Positions 40,550-51,595 of a DNA stretch of 64,000 nucleotides are shown piece after piece. Numbering within the stretch: the first letter of the stretch is position 1; every line of letters starts with the position of its first letter. The stretch lies in the NCBI GenBank assembly GCA_963813025.1, contig CAWEXO010000009.1, positions 32,001-96,000 of the forward strand, written 5' to 3'. The notes beneath the pieces are model-generated. The model saw only the letters and a program-made list of their open reading frames with translations, was not told the DNA's origin and did no database searches. The position numbers were made by a program, and so were the translations under genes. Source of the DNA: an uncultured Verrucomicrobiae bacterium (GTDB lineage Bacteria > Verrucomicrobiota > Verrucomicrobiia > Chthoniobacterales > JAFAMB01).

Positions 40550-41308
40550 TCAATACTCGGCCGGAAGATCCAGAGAGATCTTTCCATTGGTAGCGATCAC
40601 CGCGAGTTTGTCCGCCCCCAGTTGACTGGTCCGAACCAAAACGCGACCGCCTGCTTGTTCCACCAGCAGCTTACCGGCAGCAATGTCCCACCAATTCACG
40701 CTTCGCTCGATATAGGCATCGAAACGTCCAGCCGCGACGTAAGCCAGATCGAGGGCGGCGCTCCCCATCATGCGACATTTCCTGGTGCGCCGAACCATGC
40801 TCTGGAAAACATCAATGGCCGCCTCGATGCCCACGCTGCTTTTAGCGAAGCCAATGGAAACGACAGATTCCGCGAGCTCAATGTGATCGCTCACCCGCAC
40901 CGGTGCTCCATTCAGGGTGGTTGGGCCCTCGGCGGTGACCTGCCAGAGTTCGCGGCGGATCGGATCGCAAATCACGCCCACCAGGATCTGTTCCGATCGC
41001 CGCAAAGCGATCGAAATGCAGAAATGAGGGATCCCGTAAAAATAATTCACGGTTCCATCAATCGGATCGACAACCCATTCGAACTCGCGGGACGATGAGT
41101 TGGACGAGCCTTCCTCGCCGAGGATGGCGTGGTCGGGAAACTCACTCAGAAGCAACTTGGTGATCAGTTCCTGCGAGCGGACATCCAGCTCCAGTTTGAT
41201 ATCATGCGCTTCGGCCGCATCGACTTTTAGTGGTTTTCCGAAGCTTGTCCGCAGCAGTTCACCCGCTTCCAGAGCGGCTCGAGTGGCTGCCTCGAGTTCT
41301 CTGGTCAT
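40550..41308 (-). CDS. Inositol monophosphatase family protein
   Basis: ILGEE, WVVDPIDGTVNY, GSAALDLAYVA and WDIAAG. Confidence 0.93.
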   Translation of the reverse strand: MTRELEAATRAALEAGELLRTSFGKPLKVDAAEAHDIKLELDVRSQELITKLLLSEFPDHAILGEEGSSNSSSREFEWVVDPIDGTVNYFYGIPHFCISIALRRSEQILVGVICDPIRRELWQVTAEGPTTLNGAPVRVSDHIELAESVVSIGFAKSSVGIEAAIDVFQSMVRRTRKCRMMGSAALDLAYVAAGRFDAYIERSVNWWDIAAGKLLVEQAGGRVLVRTSQLGADKLAVIATNGKISLDLPAEY

Positions 41309-41580
41309 AAGAGACAGCCGCCTTTTTGGCGCACGCATTGTCGCGCAATCTGCGGCAATTGGATTTGGTTCAGCTCAATCATGTACAGGCGAGCCTTGCT
41401 TGAGAATGGCGCTTCGACAACCGGAAAAAAGCCGAGCAACCACTCGATTCGAATTTAGCAATCACTAAAAAAGCTAACAACTGATCAATTTCTGATTGAC
41501 GGTGCAAACAATGTTAAGTAGTCAAGCGAATTGTAATGAATATTCTCTCCGCAACTGCGGAATGAAAGGGGGGATCACTA

Positions 41581-41691
41581 ATGCCTACGAAAAAAGCCCC
41601 GGCCAAAAAAGCTCCAGCTAAGTCGACTGCGAAAAAAGCTCCAGCCAAGAAGGTCGCGAAGAAGGCTCCGGCTAAGAAGGCTGCGAAATAG
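41581..41691 (+). CDS. 36-aa Lys/Ala/Pro-rich histone H1-like small protein (not in ORF track)
   Basis: MPTKKAPAKKAPAKSTAKKAPAKKVAKKAPAKKAAK*. RBS AAAGGGGGG lies upstream, repeats vary at synonymous positions, and a terminator follows. Confidence 0.85.
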   Translation: MPTKKAPAKKAPAKSTAKKAPAKKVAKKAPAKKAAK

Positions 41692-41711
41692 TCTTTTTCA
41701 ATTGCTCTCGG

Positions 41712-41747
41712 ATAGGAGGAGATCACACGATCTCCTCCTATTTTTTT
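41712..41747 (+). terminator. Intrinsic terminator of the small basic protein gene
   Basis: 13-bp stem ATAGGAGGAGATC/GATCTCCTCCTAT with a 4-nt loop and T tract. Confidence 0.9.
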
Positions 41748-41797
41748 GTCAATGCGGTAGGGCGAGAATTCAGAGACTGTCTCACAACCCCACGTTG

Positions 41798-41962
41798 GTA
41801 GGGGCAAGCTCCCGCTTGACCGGCAGTGCGCAGGCCATCTCTCGATCTGCACGAGGAGGGCCGCCTCCGCGAGGCTAGGGCGCAGCCTCCGGTCAAGCGA
41901 TTGTGGCATTCCATATCCGGGTCGCGACGAAGGCTTGTCCGTAGTCGGGAGCTCATCCCTGC
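41798..41962. repeat. REPIN-like element, REP family B
   Basis: GTAGGGGCAAGCTCCCGCTTGACC...GTCGGGAGCTCATCCCTGC; homologous to 18637-18771 and 50842-50916. Confidence 0.8.
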
Positions 41963-42304
41963 CGCACGCATCTTCATCGCGCCAACATGCCGAAAGCGGC
42001 TCGAAATAAATTCGAGCCTTAGCGAGAACTCGTTTGAGCCGGCCGCCGGATGGTCGTTCCCCAAAGAGCTCTCAAAGAAATTTCTCTTCATTGCCATCCC
42101 TGTACCTGCTGTCCGTGAAAATCTTGTTTTCCTGCGAGAATTTACGAGGAGCTGAACAGTTTGAAGGTTCACCGGCATCCTGGGCGTGTCGGACTTTGGC
42201 TCTTGTCCCGAAGGGACATCGGGACTCAGATGACATGAGCCGATAACTAGCAGCACCCGAGCTAGGACACGGAACCAAGCAGCATCAGCTCTCAGGTCGC
42301 GGAC

Positions 42305-42760
42305 GGGCTTTAGTCTGGCCACCACGCTGGGGCAGTGAGGCCTGCAACGCCTGGCGCGGGTTTCCCCTATGATGGTGGGCACCAAGCTTTGGTGGGCGGT
42401 CTGCTGCTGATGGCGCTGCGGTCTACCAGTGGACGCCGCTCAAGCAAGCTTGCTTAAGGCATTGCCGGACGCCGCTGCACTTCCTACTGAGTTGCGCGCA
42501 AGACGGCACGGCCGGCGCTGTCCTCATGGGCTTACGTCATGGGTCCGTTGCCTGGGCTGCTGCTGGCTCTTGATGGCGGTTCTGTTCGCGGTCGGCGTGA
42601 TAACCTGATAACCTGGTCTGGATCGCCGCGCTCAGCCTGCTCGTGCTGGTGGAGAAACTCATTCCCAACGGAGTGTGGGTGGCCAAGGTGGCCGGGCTGA
42701 TCCTGATGGGCTGGGGGGCTGGATGGTCTTTTCGGGCGGAGCTTAGGCGCCTGGGCCAGA
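42305..42760 (+). pseudogene. DUF2182-like metal-binding membrane protein remnant
   Basis: Fragments in different frames: VYQWTPLKQACLRHCRTPL, CLGCCWLLMAVLFAVG and WIAALSLLVLVEKL. The 5' half is missing; boundaries approximate. Confidence 0.7.
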
Positions 42761-42801
42761 AACACATTGCGAGATATCCGCGAAAGTCTTCGCCCGAAAG
42801 A

Positions 42802-43338
42802 TCAGCTGGCAGAGCTGATCTTCAGGGCGCGATCGACGATGTCATCAACTGGCCATAAGCGTCCGATGCCTTCGTAACCACACGCCAGAAGGCCTTCTTC
42901 GGGCCCGATGAACTCTGCGCCGCGAGCGCGGAGGCGAGCCACGTTTTCCTGAGTCGCGGGATGCAACCACATCTTGCCATTCATGGCTGGCGCGATCAGC
43001 AGCGGAGCTTTTGTGGCCAGAGCGATCGCGGTGAGTGCGGTGTCCGCAAAACCGAAAGCGAGCTTCGCGATGATGTCGGCGGTGGCCGGCGCGATCAGCA
43101 GCAGCTGAGCGTTGTCCGCGAGCTCAATGTGACCGGGATGCCAATCGTCGCGTTCATCGAAGATGTCGGTCGTCACCGGATTACGCGAAAGGGTTTGCAG
43201 GGTGAGCGGGGTAATGAACTGAGCGGCCCCGCGGGTCATAACGATATGGAGGTCACAGCCCGCTTTCGCCAGTTTGCTCGTGAGATCGGCCGCTTTATAG
43301 GCCGCAATGGATGCTGTGATGCCAAGGACGATGTTCAC
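42802..43338 (-). CDS. coaC: Phosphopantothenoylcysteine decarboxylase (stand-alone flavoprotein)
   Basis: GITASIAAYKA, HIELA, IAPATAD, APAMN and LACGYEGIGR; no CoaB domain. Confidence 0.88.
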   Translation of the reverse strand: MNIVLGITASIAAYKAADLTSKLAKAGCDLHIVMTRGAAQFITPLTLQTLSRNPVTTDIFDERDDWHPGHIELADNAQLLLIAPATADIIAKLAFGFADTALTAIALATKAPLLIAPAMNGKMWLHPATQENVARLRARGAEFIGPEEGLLACGYEGIGRLWPVDDIVDRALKISSAS

Positions 43339-43470
43339 GGGAAAACGTTCTCCTTTTGCGTTTCACGTTTCAAGTTGCACGTTTTGCGGATGGAGCGGAA
43401 GATCGGCATCCCTGCCGGTCAAAGCAGGGGTGACAAGCAGCTAGTTAGCTTGCCGCCAAGCACCCCCAAG

Positions 43471-44343
43471 TCACTCGATGTTTTGAATCTGTTCGCGAAT
43501 TTTCTCCATCTCTCCTTTTGCGCGGACGACAAGCTGAGAGATCTCGGCATCGTTTGCTTTTGCGCTCAGGGTATTGAGTTCTCGCCCGATCTCCTGGCTC
43601 AGAAATTCGAGGGTTCGCCCAATTGCCTCTGGTTGTGCACAGGTTTCACGAAACTGGGTGAGATGCGATTCCAGCCGCGTGATTTCTTCCGAGAAGTCAG
43701 AGCGCTCGGCAAAAAAAACGATCTCGCGGCTTAAACGTTCTTCGTCGATCGCAAGGTCAAGACCAAGCTTTCGGATCCGCTCGTGCAGTTGCGCCCGAAA
43801 GCGAGGACCAACTCTGGGCTGCAAAGCGCGGATCTTTTCCAGATTGGCTTTGATCATTCGGATGCGGTCCTGCAAATCCTTTCGGAGATTACTTCCTTCG
43901 CGCTTCCGCATGGCAACGAGTTTGGTGAGCGCGGACTCGAGGGCATGCAGGGCGAGTTCGCGCACTTGCGGAGGAAGAGCCTTTTCCCGGGGAGCGGCGA
44001 TGACGCCGGGGGAGTTGAGGACGGTGTTGATTGTGACATCGCCGGTCGCACCGAGTTCTTTTTGCAATTCCTGGAATTCGTGCAAATACGTTCTGGCAAG
44101 GTCCCGGTTGAGCGAGGGCTGTACATTTGTTCCGACAACTTCGGCCAGGACGTTCACCATGATTCGTCCCCGGTGAACTTTTTGATCGATCAGCTCCCGC
44201 ATCTCGGTCTCAAGCTCGGCCAGGCGAGCGGGCAGGTTCAGAACTACCTCGACCTGACGTTTATTGACCGAGTGGATTTCGACGACCAGCTTGTTCCCTT
44301 GGCGCGCCACGTGAGCGCGCCCATAACCAGTCATACTACGCAT
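43471..44343 (-). CDS. YicC/YloC family endoribonuclease
   Basis: [35 protein letters not shown] and [11 protein letters not shown]. Confidence 0.93.
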   Translation of the reverse strand: MRSMTGYGRAHVARQGNKLVVEIHSVNKRQVEVVLNLPARLAELETEMRELIDQKVHRGRIMVNVLAEVVGTNVQPSLNRDLARTYLHEFQELQKELGATGDVTINTVLNSPGVIAAPREKALPPQVRELALHALESALTKLVAMRKREGSNLRKDLQDRIRMIKANLEKIRALQPRVGPRFRAQLHERIRKLGLDLAIDEERLSREIVFFAERSDFSEEITRLESHLTQFRETCAQPEAIGRTLEFLSQEIGRELNTLSAKANDAEISQLVVRAKGEMEKIREQIQNIE

Positions 44344-47300
44344 CGTGCGATTGATCGGCGGAAACATCGGCCGCCACAAATTGAACAGAATGCGAGGGGC
44401 GGGATGCGCCAAGGCTGCTATGATATTCTTGCAGAGATCGCACATCCAACCCTTTGATTTGGAGAGAGCGGATTGCGCGAATACTGGCCTCAACGCCGCT
44501 GATCGTCGTCAGGATCGGAATTCGCTGTGCGACGGCCAGACTACGAATACGCACTTCGTCGCGGCGCGGAGTATTCCCACTGGGCGTATTGATAATCAGA
44601 TCGATCTCCTCGTTCTTGATCATATCAAGGACATGCGGCCGGCCTTCGGAAAGCTTGAAGAGTTTCCGCACTGGCACTCGCGCGGCTTGCAGAGCCGCGG
44701 CGGTGCCGCTCGTTGCAAAAAGTTTGAATCCGAGGTTAACCAGATCCTGAGCGAGCGTTTTCATCGGACCTTTATCAGCATCCTTAACGCTAACGAAGAC
44801 GTTGCCTTCTCCGGGCAACGGAGGCTGCGCGGCCATCTGCGACTTAGCGTAAGCCAAACCCAGATCGTGGTCGATCCCCATAACCTCTCCGGTCGATTTC
44901 ATTTCCGGTCCCAAAATAATATCGATTCCTGGAAAACGAATGAAGGGGAACACCGCTTCTTTGACAGAATAATGATCGGGAACTATCTCTTCGGTGAAGC
45001 CCAGGTCCCGCAAGCTTTTTCCGGTCATAACTTTTGCGGCTAACTTCGCCAGCGGTACACCGATCGCTTTGCTGACAAATGGCACGGTCCGGGACGCTCG
45101 CGGGTTCACCTCAAGGACATACACTTCGTCGTTTTTTACGGCGAACTGTACATTCATCAGGCCACAGACGCGCAGCTCGGCGGCCATTGCCTTCGTTGCT
45201 CGGGTGATGTGCTTAATAACCGTTGGAGAGAGCGAGAAAGCGGGAATAACACAAGCACTATCGCCGCTGTGAATACCAGCTTGTTCGATGTGTTGCATGA
45301 TCGCCCCAATCACCGACAGTTCGCCGTCGGCGATGCAGTCGACATCCACTTCGATGGCGTCTTCCAGAAAGCGGTCAACCAATACCGGACGGTCCGGGCT
45401 CGACGCCACGGCTAGGCGGACGTAGCGCCGGAGGTCTTGTTCCTGGTAGACTATCTCCATCGCGCGACCGCCCAGCACAAAGGAGGGGCGGACCAAAATG
45501 GGATAACCAACCGAAGCCGCGACGCGCACTGCTTCCTCCTCGCTGGTAGCGGTTCCGTTCGGCGGCTGATTCAAACCGAGGCGTTGGAGCAGGGCCGAAA
45601 AGTGTTTCCGGTCTTCCGCCAGCTCGATGCTCCGAGGTTGGGTGCCGATGATCCTGACACCGTGCGCCTGCAAGGCAGCAGCGAGATTCAAAGGAGTTTG
45701 GCCGCCGAACTGAACGATTGCCGCCCAGCAATCCTCCCGCTGATAAATGTTAAGCACGTCTTCGAGGGTGAGCGGTTCGAAATAGAGTTTGTCGCTGGTA
45801 TCATAGTCAGTCGAAACCGTTTCCGGGTTCGAGTTCACCATGATCGTTTCGAATCCTTCTTCTCTCAGAGCAAAGGCGGCATGCACGCAGCAATAATCGA
45901 ACTCAATCCCCTGACCAATACGGTTCGGGCCGCCGCCCAGGATCATGACTTTGCGTGAGGTGCCGACCCGGGTTTCATTCTCTTCGCCGTAAGTCGAATA
46001 ATAGTAAGGCGTATACGCCTCGAACTCGGCGGCGCAGGTATCAACCAGTCGATACGTCGGAACCGTCCCGGTCTTGAGGCGCTCCGCACGAACCTCGTCT
46101 TCCCCGCGTTGAGTCAAATGCGCGATTTGCGGGTCAGAGAAACCCAGTTGTTTGGCGCGAAGCAGCCCGGTCACGCCGGCCGCGATCTTTGGTTCCTCGC
46201 TGACGATCTCGCGGATGTTCTCCAGAAACCAGGGATCAATGCCGGTTAGTTCATGAATGCGGGCGATCGGAAAACCGGCTTGAACCGCATATCGAATGTA
46301 GAAAAGGCGGTCCCAGGAGGGATTGATCAGTTTGCGCTCCAGTTCCGCGAAATCCCAATCGCCCGTTTCGGCTCGTGGCTCCTGATCGCGACCATCGGCG
46401 CCTAAACCGAAGCGGCCGATCTCCAGAGAGCGGATCGCCTTCTGGAGAGCCTCCTTGAAGGTTCTCCCGATCGCCATCGCTTCTCCGACGCTCTTCATCT
46501 GGGTTGTAAGCGTGGGATCTGCCTGCGGGAATTTTTCAAAGGTGAACCGAGGTATCTTGACGACGCAATAGTCGATCACGGGTTCGAAACTAGCCGGTGT
46601 TTCCCGAGTAATGTCGTTGCGAATTTCATCCAAGGTGAACCCGACCGCGAGTTTTGCGGCGATCTTCGCAATCGGAAATCCGGTCGCTTTTGAGGCGAGG
46701 GCCGAGGATCGCGACACACGTGGATTCATCTCAATGACGGCCATCCGGCCGGTTTTCGGATTTACGGCAAACTGGATATTTGAACCGCCGGTCTCGACCC
46801 CGATTTCGCGAATCACTGCGAACGAGGCGTCGCGCATCATCTGAAACTCGCGATCGGTCAAGGTTTGCGCCGGCGCCACGGTGATGGAGTCGCCGGTGTG
46901 CACGCCCATGGGATCAAAGTTTTCGATCGAACAAACGACGACGCAGTTGTCGAGCCGGTCGCGCATGACTTCCATTTCGAACTCTTTCCAACCTAGGAGA
47001 GACTCCTCGATCAGCACTTCACTGACTGGGGATAGGTCGAGACCGCGCCGGACGATCTCCTCGAACTCGGGACGATTGTAAGCGATGCCGCCGCCAGCTC
47101 CTCCTAGCGTATAGGCGGGCCGGATGATCAAAGGGAACTCGCCGATCGCGGCGGCGACGTCGCGCGCTTCGTCGAGCTGATGAGCGGTTCCGGATCGCGG
47201 CACGTCGAACCCGATCCGGAGCATCGCTTCTTTGAACAGCTGGCGATCCTCACCTTTGGCGATCGCTTCCGCATTCGCTCCGATGAGCTTGACTTGGTAG

Positions 47301-47629
47301 CGATCGAGCACGCCGCGCCGATAGAGTTCCATCGCGGTGTTCAGACCGGTCTGGCCGCCCAGCGTTGGCAATAAAGCATCGACGCGCTCACGCCGGATGA
47401 TGCGCTCGACGATGTCCGCGGTAATTGGCTCGATATAAGTCCGGTCGGCAAACTCAGGATCGGTCATGATCGTTGCCGGGTTGGAGTTCACCAGCACGAT
47501 TTCGTAACCCTCCTCGCGCAGTGCTTTGCAGGCTTGCACGCCGGAATAATCAAATTCGCAACCCTGCCCAATGACGATCGGTCCCGAACCAATCAACAGA
47601 ATTTTGTGCAACTCAGTGTTTTTCGGCAT
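44336..47629 (-). CDS. carB: Carbamoyl-phosphate synthase large subunit
   Basis: [49 protein letters not shown] and an MGS domain. Confidence 0.98.
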   Translation of the reverse strand: MPKNTELHKILLIGSGPIVIGQGCEFDYSGVQACKALREEGYEIVLVNSNPATIMTDPEFADRTYIEPITADIVERIIRRERVDALLPTLGGQTGLNTAMELYRRGVLDRYQVKLIGANAEAIAKGEDRQLFKEAMLRIGFDVPRSGTAHQLDEARDVAAAIGEFPLIIRPAYTLGGAGGGIAYNRPEFEEIVRRGLDLSPVSEVLIEESLLGWKEFEMEVMRDRLDNCVVVCSIENFDPMGVHTGDSITVAPAQTLTDREFQMMRDASFAVIREIGVETGGSNIQFAVNPKTGRMAVIEMNPRVSRSSALASKATGFPIAKIAAKLAVGFTLDEIRNDITRETPASFEPVIDYCVVKIPRFTFEKFPQADPTLTTQMKSVGEAMAIGRTFKEALQKAIRSLEIGRFGLGADGRDQEPRAETGDWDFAELERKLINPSWDRLFYIRYAVQAGFPIARIHELTGIDPWFLENIREIVSEEPKIAAGVTGLLRAKQLGFSDPQIAHLTQRGEDEVRAERLKTGTVPTYRLVDTCAAEFEAYTPYYYSTYGEENETRVGTSRKVMILGGGPNRIGQGIEFDYCCVHAAFALREEGFETIMVNSNPETVSTDYDTSDKLYFEPLTLEDVLNIYQREDCWAAIVQFGGQTPLNLAAALQAHGVRIIGTQPRSIELAEDRKHFSALLQRLGLNQPPNGTATSEEEAVRVAASVGYPILVRPSFVLGGRAMEIVYQEQDLRRYVRLAVASSPDRPVLVDRFLEDAIEVDVDCIADGELSVIGAIMQHIEQAGIHSGDSACVIPAFSLSPTVIKHITRATKAMAAELRVCGLMNVQFAVKNDEVYVLEVNPRASRTVPFVSKAIGVPLAKLAAKVMTGKSLRDLGFTEEIVPDHYSVKEAVFPFIRFPGIDIILGPEMKSTGEVMGIDHDLGLAYAKSQMAAQPPLPGEGNVFVSVKDADKGPMKTLAQDLVNLGFKLFATSGTAAALQAARVPVRKLFKLSEGRPHVLDMIKNEEIDLIINTPSGNTPRRDEVRIRSLAVAQRIPILTTISGVEASIRAIRSLQIKGLDVRSLQEYHSSLGASRPSHSVQFVAADVSADQSHDA

Positions 47630-47670
47630 GAGCGGAGCTAGCTTAACAGCTGACCCTTGGCAGTCAATGC

Positions 47671-47860
47671 AAGCGGCGGGAGCGGATTCAGCGGCGGGAG
47701 GTAGGTAACAGCGGACCAAGACCAGCGAATCACACTTGCCCCGGGTGTATTCGATCTGAGCGAGCTTCAGCTGTTCAACTACTGCGCTCTTGCGCTACTT
47801 CCCTCCGCTGAACCCGCTTCCGCCGCTCCCTCCGCGCTCCGCCCGCTCCCGCCGCTTTCA
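47671..47860. repeat. Inverted G-rich repeat pair (family E) in the divergent carB/trpS gap
   Basis: AAGCGGCGGGAGCGG at the left pairs with CCGCTCCCGCCGCTT at the right; TTCAGCGG/CCGCTGAA also pair. Confidence 0.75.
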
Positions 47861-47895
47861 TTGACTGCCAACTGTTCAGCTGGTTAGCTGCCGCC

Positions 47896-48861
47896 ATGGT
47901 TCGTATTTTAACGGGCTTTCAGCCGACTGGGGTTCTGCATATCGGCAATTATTTCGGCGCCATCAAACCGGCGGTCGAGTTGCAGGCCAAGGGTGAAGGC
48001 TTCTATTTCATCGCTGATTACCATGCCTTGACCTCGGTGCAGGATCCGGCCGCACTGCGGAACTTTATCAGGGAGGCCGCGATTGATCTCCTGGCCTGCG
48101 GCATCGATCCGGCAAAAACCTGTCTTTTCCGCCAATCGGATGTTCCTGCCGTTGCTGAATTGACGTGGATTCTCAGCACAGTGACTTCGATGGGACTGCT
48201 GGAACGCGCCCATTCGTACAAGGACAAGCTCGCCCGCGGGTTACCGGCTTCACATGGCCTCTTCGCTTACCCGGTGTTGATGGCGGCCGACATTCTGCTT
48301 TACGAAACGGATATCGTGCCAGTCGGGAGAGATCAGAAACAACATCTGGAGATTACCCGGGATATCGCCAGTCGTTTCAACGATCTGTATGGTCCCGTCT
48401 TGAAATTGCCGGAGCCGAGTATTCGCGAGGAGGTGGCTACGATCGTCGGTCTGGACGGTCAGAAAATGAGCAAGAGCTATGGCAATACGATTGAAATCTT
48501 CCTCCCGGAGAAAGCGTTGCGAAAGAAGGTGATGAGCATCGTCACAGATTCGTTGCCCGTGGAAGCGCCAAAAGACCCGGCACGCTCCACGGTTCTCGAT
48601 CTTTACCGGCTCTTTGCCTCACCGGAAGAAGTGGCGCGCATGGAGGCGGAATATCGGAATGGGGGAGTCGGCTACGGAGAGTTCAAGAAGAGACTCTTCG
48701 AACATATTTGGGAATCGTTTCGGGTGATTCGAGATCGTCGTGCGGCGAACGTGTCGGACCCGGAGCAGGTCGACACGATTCTGGAACGAGGGGCAACGAA
48801 AGCTCGTACGGTTGCCGCGACGGTAATGCATAAAGTGCGGGCGGCAGTCGGCCTTGCGTAA
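47896..48861 (+). CDS. trpS: Tryptophan--tRNA ligase
   Basis: TGFQPTG, HIGN, YPVLMAADIL, VPVGRDQKQHLE and KMSKS. Confidence 0.97.
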   Translation: MVRILTGFQPTGVLHIGNYFGAIKPAVELQAKGEGFYFIADYHALTSVQDPAALRNFIREAAIDLLACGIDPAKTCLFRQSDVPAVAELTWILSTVTSMGLLERAHSYKDKLARGLPASHGLFAYPVLMAADILLYETDIVPVGRDQKQHLEITRDIASRFNDLYGPVLKLPEPSIREEVATIVGLDGQKMSKSYGNTIEIFLPEKALRKKVMSIVTDSLPVEAPKDPARSTVLDLYRLFASPEEVARMEAEYRNGGVGYGEFKKRLFEHIWESFRVIRDRRAANVSDPEQVDTILERGATKARTVAATVMHKVRAAVGLA

Positions 48862-48885
48862 GCCTGCCCCAGCCGCGCGTCTCGC

Positions 48886-49101
48886 GTAGCGCGGACGGCC
48901 TCGTCCGTATCTTGGAGATGGCACTGTGGAGCACGGAAAGACCGGGCCTGACGGATTGGCAAGAGCTCGTGGGTCCACCTTGAGTCGCGCAGCTGGCTAA
49001 CCGGCAGCGTTTGAGGTTTTCCTAGGCGTTTGGTGGGGACGCTGGCTATCCGCTCAGGCCGCTAAGTCCGCGTAGATTACGGACGGGGCCGTCCGCGCTA
49101 C
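48886..49101. repeat. REPIN-like doublet, REP family A
   Basis: GTAGCGCGGACGGCCTCGTCCGTA ... TACGGACGGGGCCGTCCGCGCTAC. Confidence 0.85.
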
Positions 49102-49246
49102 GCTCAAGCCGCTGCCTGCTCACTTTTTTTTGCGTCGGAATGAAGTTGCCAAACGAATCAATTCGGTAGTGAACAGAGTTTAACAGGGACGCGGGAGTTG
49201 CTGGCCCGAACCGGCCGGCCACTCGGAGCGGTAAGCAGGTAAGGTT

Positions 49247-49477
49247 ATGATTCATAGTAACACAACACATCAGATCGAAGAGCCACTGGCCTCTGAAAAA
49301 ATTCAGATCGATCGGAAAGTTTTCTTTCTGGATCTGAAAGAGAATCAGCGAGGCCGTTTCCTTAAGATTACCGAGGACGTCGGCGGACGCCGCGATACCA
49401 TCATGTTGCCGGCGGCTGCCTTTCAGGATTTTCTCGACGCGCTGAGCCGAATTGTCAGCGTTGAGCAAAAGCTTTGA
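49247..49477 (+). CDS. Single PUR-repeat ssDNA/RNA-binding protein
   Basis: LASEKIQIDRKVFFLDLKENQRGRFLKITE...RDTIMLP is a Pur-alpha-type repeat. Confidence 0.85.
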   Translation: MIHSNTTHQIEEPLASEKIQIDRKVFFLDLKENQRGRFLKITEDVGGRRDTIMLPAAAFQDFLDALSRIVSVEQKL

Positions 49478-49492
49478 GCTTGCACCGAGGTC

Positions 49493-50740
49493 TCAGATCT
49501 TTTCTTTGCAGGCAGCTATCAGGGTACGCTCTGCCGCCATCAGAGATTCCCAAATCTCGTGGTGTCGAGGCTCGTAACGGTTATCCTGCAACGCCGCCAT
49601 CTGACGTCGCAGGCTGATCATTTCTTCAAACTTAGCCAGGTGCGTCTGATAAAGTTCTCGAAGAAAGCGGATTGATCCCGGGCGCTGTTCCCAGACTGAG
49701 CCAAACGACTCGAGGAAATCGCGGGCGTAAACAATCTCACCTCTTTCGTGATGCTGCCAAATGTCGGGAGAGGGCTCAGGCTGATCAAGCAGAAGCGGCC
49801 CGAGGTAAAGATTCTGGAGCATGCCGTTGAGGTAGTGCACTTGTGAACGGCGATCGCGATCGCTTTCGAATTCCGAAAAGCCCCAGGCAAAAAGTAGTCC
49901 AGGATCTTCCAGGTCGTCTGGATAGCGCTCCGCGTACCACTCAAAAAACTCGCTCACCTGCTCCGTCTGCTGGTTCAGCAGGAGGAGCAGAGGAAGAATA
50001 AACCGGGCTCCCGCATGATCCGTGGGATTTGTAGCCAGCGCGTCACGCGCCAGAGCAATTGCTTCGGCGATTTGCCCTTGTTGCCAGGCGACGAGGAGAC
50101 GTCCATGCCGCGCCCGGATGTGTACCTCAGTTGAATTCGGTGTCGCTGCGCGAAGGGCAGCCCGGAATCCTTCGTCGGCCTTTTCCAAGTTACCCTCCTG
50201 CAATTCTATGTCGGCTGATTCGAGCAAAGCCTCCGGAAAATCCGGCGCCAACTCGAGAGCTTTGGCCAGGAGCGCCCGACGCTTTTCCGGTGATTGAAAA
50301 TAGCGAATGGCTAAAACCAATCCCCGGGCGATAGTTTCTGGAGGATCCGCTGGCATATCTGGTTTTCTCATTCCTGGAAAAGAGAGCGAGAGTGCCGGGC
50401 TCGACTCGCTGACCGGCTGCTTGGTTGAACCGACGAGATGCACCTGAAACCCATACTCCCTCGCTAGAAACGGCCAGAAATCCTCATTCCAATCGTCTGT
50501 CTCAGGCACCAGGAGTTCATCCGGCACGCCCTTGGTTTGAAAAAGACGATCCAGAAAAAGCTCAACGCGGTGTTGATCTATTTCACGAACGACCTCGTGA
50601 GCCAGAATGGCGCGGGACTTGCGTTGCGTGACATACAAGATTGTTGGAAGAAGATAGACGACGCCAAATTGCACTGGTGTCGGCACATCCGCCCAGTTCA
50701 GAATCCACACTTCCCGAGTGGTTCGCAGCGGCTGAATCAT
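49493..50740 (-). CDS. TPR-containing hypothetical protein
   Basis: TPR-like helices (KALELAPDFPEA, ALATNPTDHAGAR). Confidence 0.75.
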   Translation of the reverse strand: MIQPLRTTREVWILNWADVPTPVQFGVVYLLPTILYVTQRKSRAILAHEVVREIDQHRVELFLDRLFQTKGVPDELLVPETDDWNEDFWPFLAREYGFQVHLVGSTKQPVSESSPALSLSFPGMRKPDMPADPPETIARGLVLAIRYFQSPEKRRALLAKALELAPDFPEALLESADIELQEGNLEKADEGFRAALRAATPNSTEVHIRARHGRLLVAWQQGQIAEAIALARDALATNPTDHAGARFILPLLLLLNQQTEQVSEFFEWYAERYPDDLEDPGLLFAWGFSEFESDRDRRSQVHYLNGMLQNLYLGPLLLDQPEPSPDIWQHHERGEIVYARDFLESFGSVWEQRPGSIRFLRELYQTHLAKFEEMISLRRQMAALQDNRYEPRHHEIWESLMAAERTLIAACKEKI

Positions 50741-50841
50741 ACGTTAATGGTAGGGGTATCCGCGTGCCACTGCCGGGCCTGTTCCGAGAGAAGAAAATTT
50801 ATCCGAGCATCTTTCGAAATCGCGTCAGAATACGAGGAGTG

Positions 50842-50916
50842 GTAGGGATGAGCTCCTGCTCGTCCGGATCGCGAGCTGGACTGCGCTCTAATGGTCAAGC
50901 AGGAGCTTGCCCCTAC
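50842..50916. repeat. Short REPIN-like doublet, REP family B
   Basis: GTAGGGATGAGCTCCTGCTCGTCC ... GGTCAAGCAGGAGCTTGCCCCTAC. Confidence 0.8.
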
Positions 50917-50990
50917 CGGCCTTGGGTAGATGGAGCTCTTCATCTGAAGCGAAAATTAGGCGATGGACGCGATTTTTATGGGTAGAGCGA

Positions 50991-51524
50991 TCACCAGGCG
51001 ACGGGCAGCCGCTGTTTCTGGCTGAATTTGTCGAGATAAAACAGTTCCTTTTGGGAGATTCCATACTCGTGCACCAGTCTAGTAAGCTTTACATCGAAAC
51101 AACAGTACTCCGCGATTGAAAGCAGCCTCTTTTTTCGCCACCATTTGATCGCGTCCACCCCGTCAGCGGTTTTGCGCAGGCCGAGCGTTGCCTGCGCGAT
51201 GTTGTCGAGTCTGGGTTTACTTCCGGTCTGCTTCTCAATTTCGGTTAGCAGATCCAGAGTGAGCAAACAGTGAGGAAGATCCAGTACGGTGTACCCCATC
51301 AGCACGGCATAATCGAAATTGATGATATTGAAACCGACGACGAGGTCGGCCGCCAGCAAGTGTTGAATCATTTGGTCGACCCGCGTTTCCGAAAAGATCT
51401 GATAGCGGTGGCTGGCCGTGCTGTAGGTCACGGCCAATGAGATTCGCATATCCTGTTTACGGTCCCAGCCTCCCACGTCATGCGCTGTGCCTTGAGTCTC
51501 TAAATCAAAGTAAACGATGTTCAT
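50991..51524 (-). CDS. RNase H-like (DEDD/YprB-type) domain protein
   Basis: VYFDLETQ, VGFNIINFD, LDL and YCCFDV. Confidence 0.85.
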   Translation of the reverse strand: MNIVYFDLETQGTAHDVGGWDRKQDMRISLAVTYSTASHRYQIFSETRVDQMIQHLLAADLVVGFNIINFDYAVLMGYTVLDLPHCLLTLDLLTEIEKQTGSKPRLDNIAQATLGLRKTADGVDAIKWWRKKRLLSIAEYCCFDVKLTRLVHEYGISQKELFYLDKFSQKQRLPVAW

Positions 51525-51595
51525 TGAGTGAACCGGAATGGACTATTCGTTTCGAAGGCTTTGCTTGAGTTTCGAGTCCACCCGGAATGTCGCTC

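Noticed and set aside
41514..42385. Minus-strand ORFs 41514-41909 and 41738-42385
   Set aside because: They are the antisense shadow of the small basic protein gene plus read-through of REP elements, with no recognisable domain.
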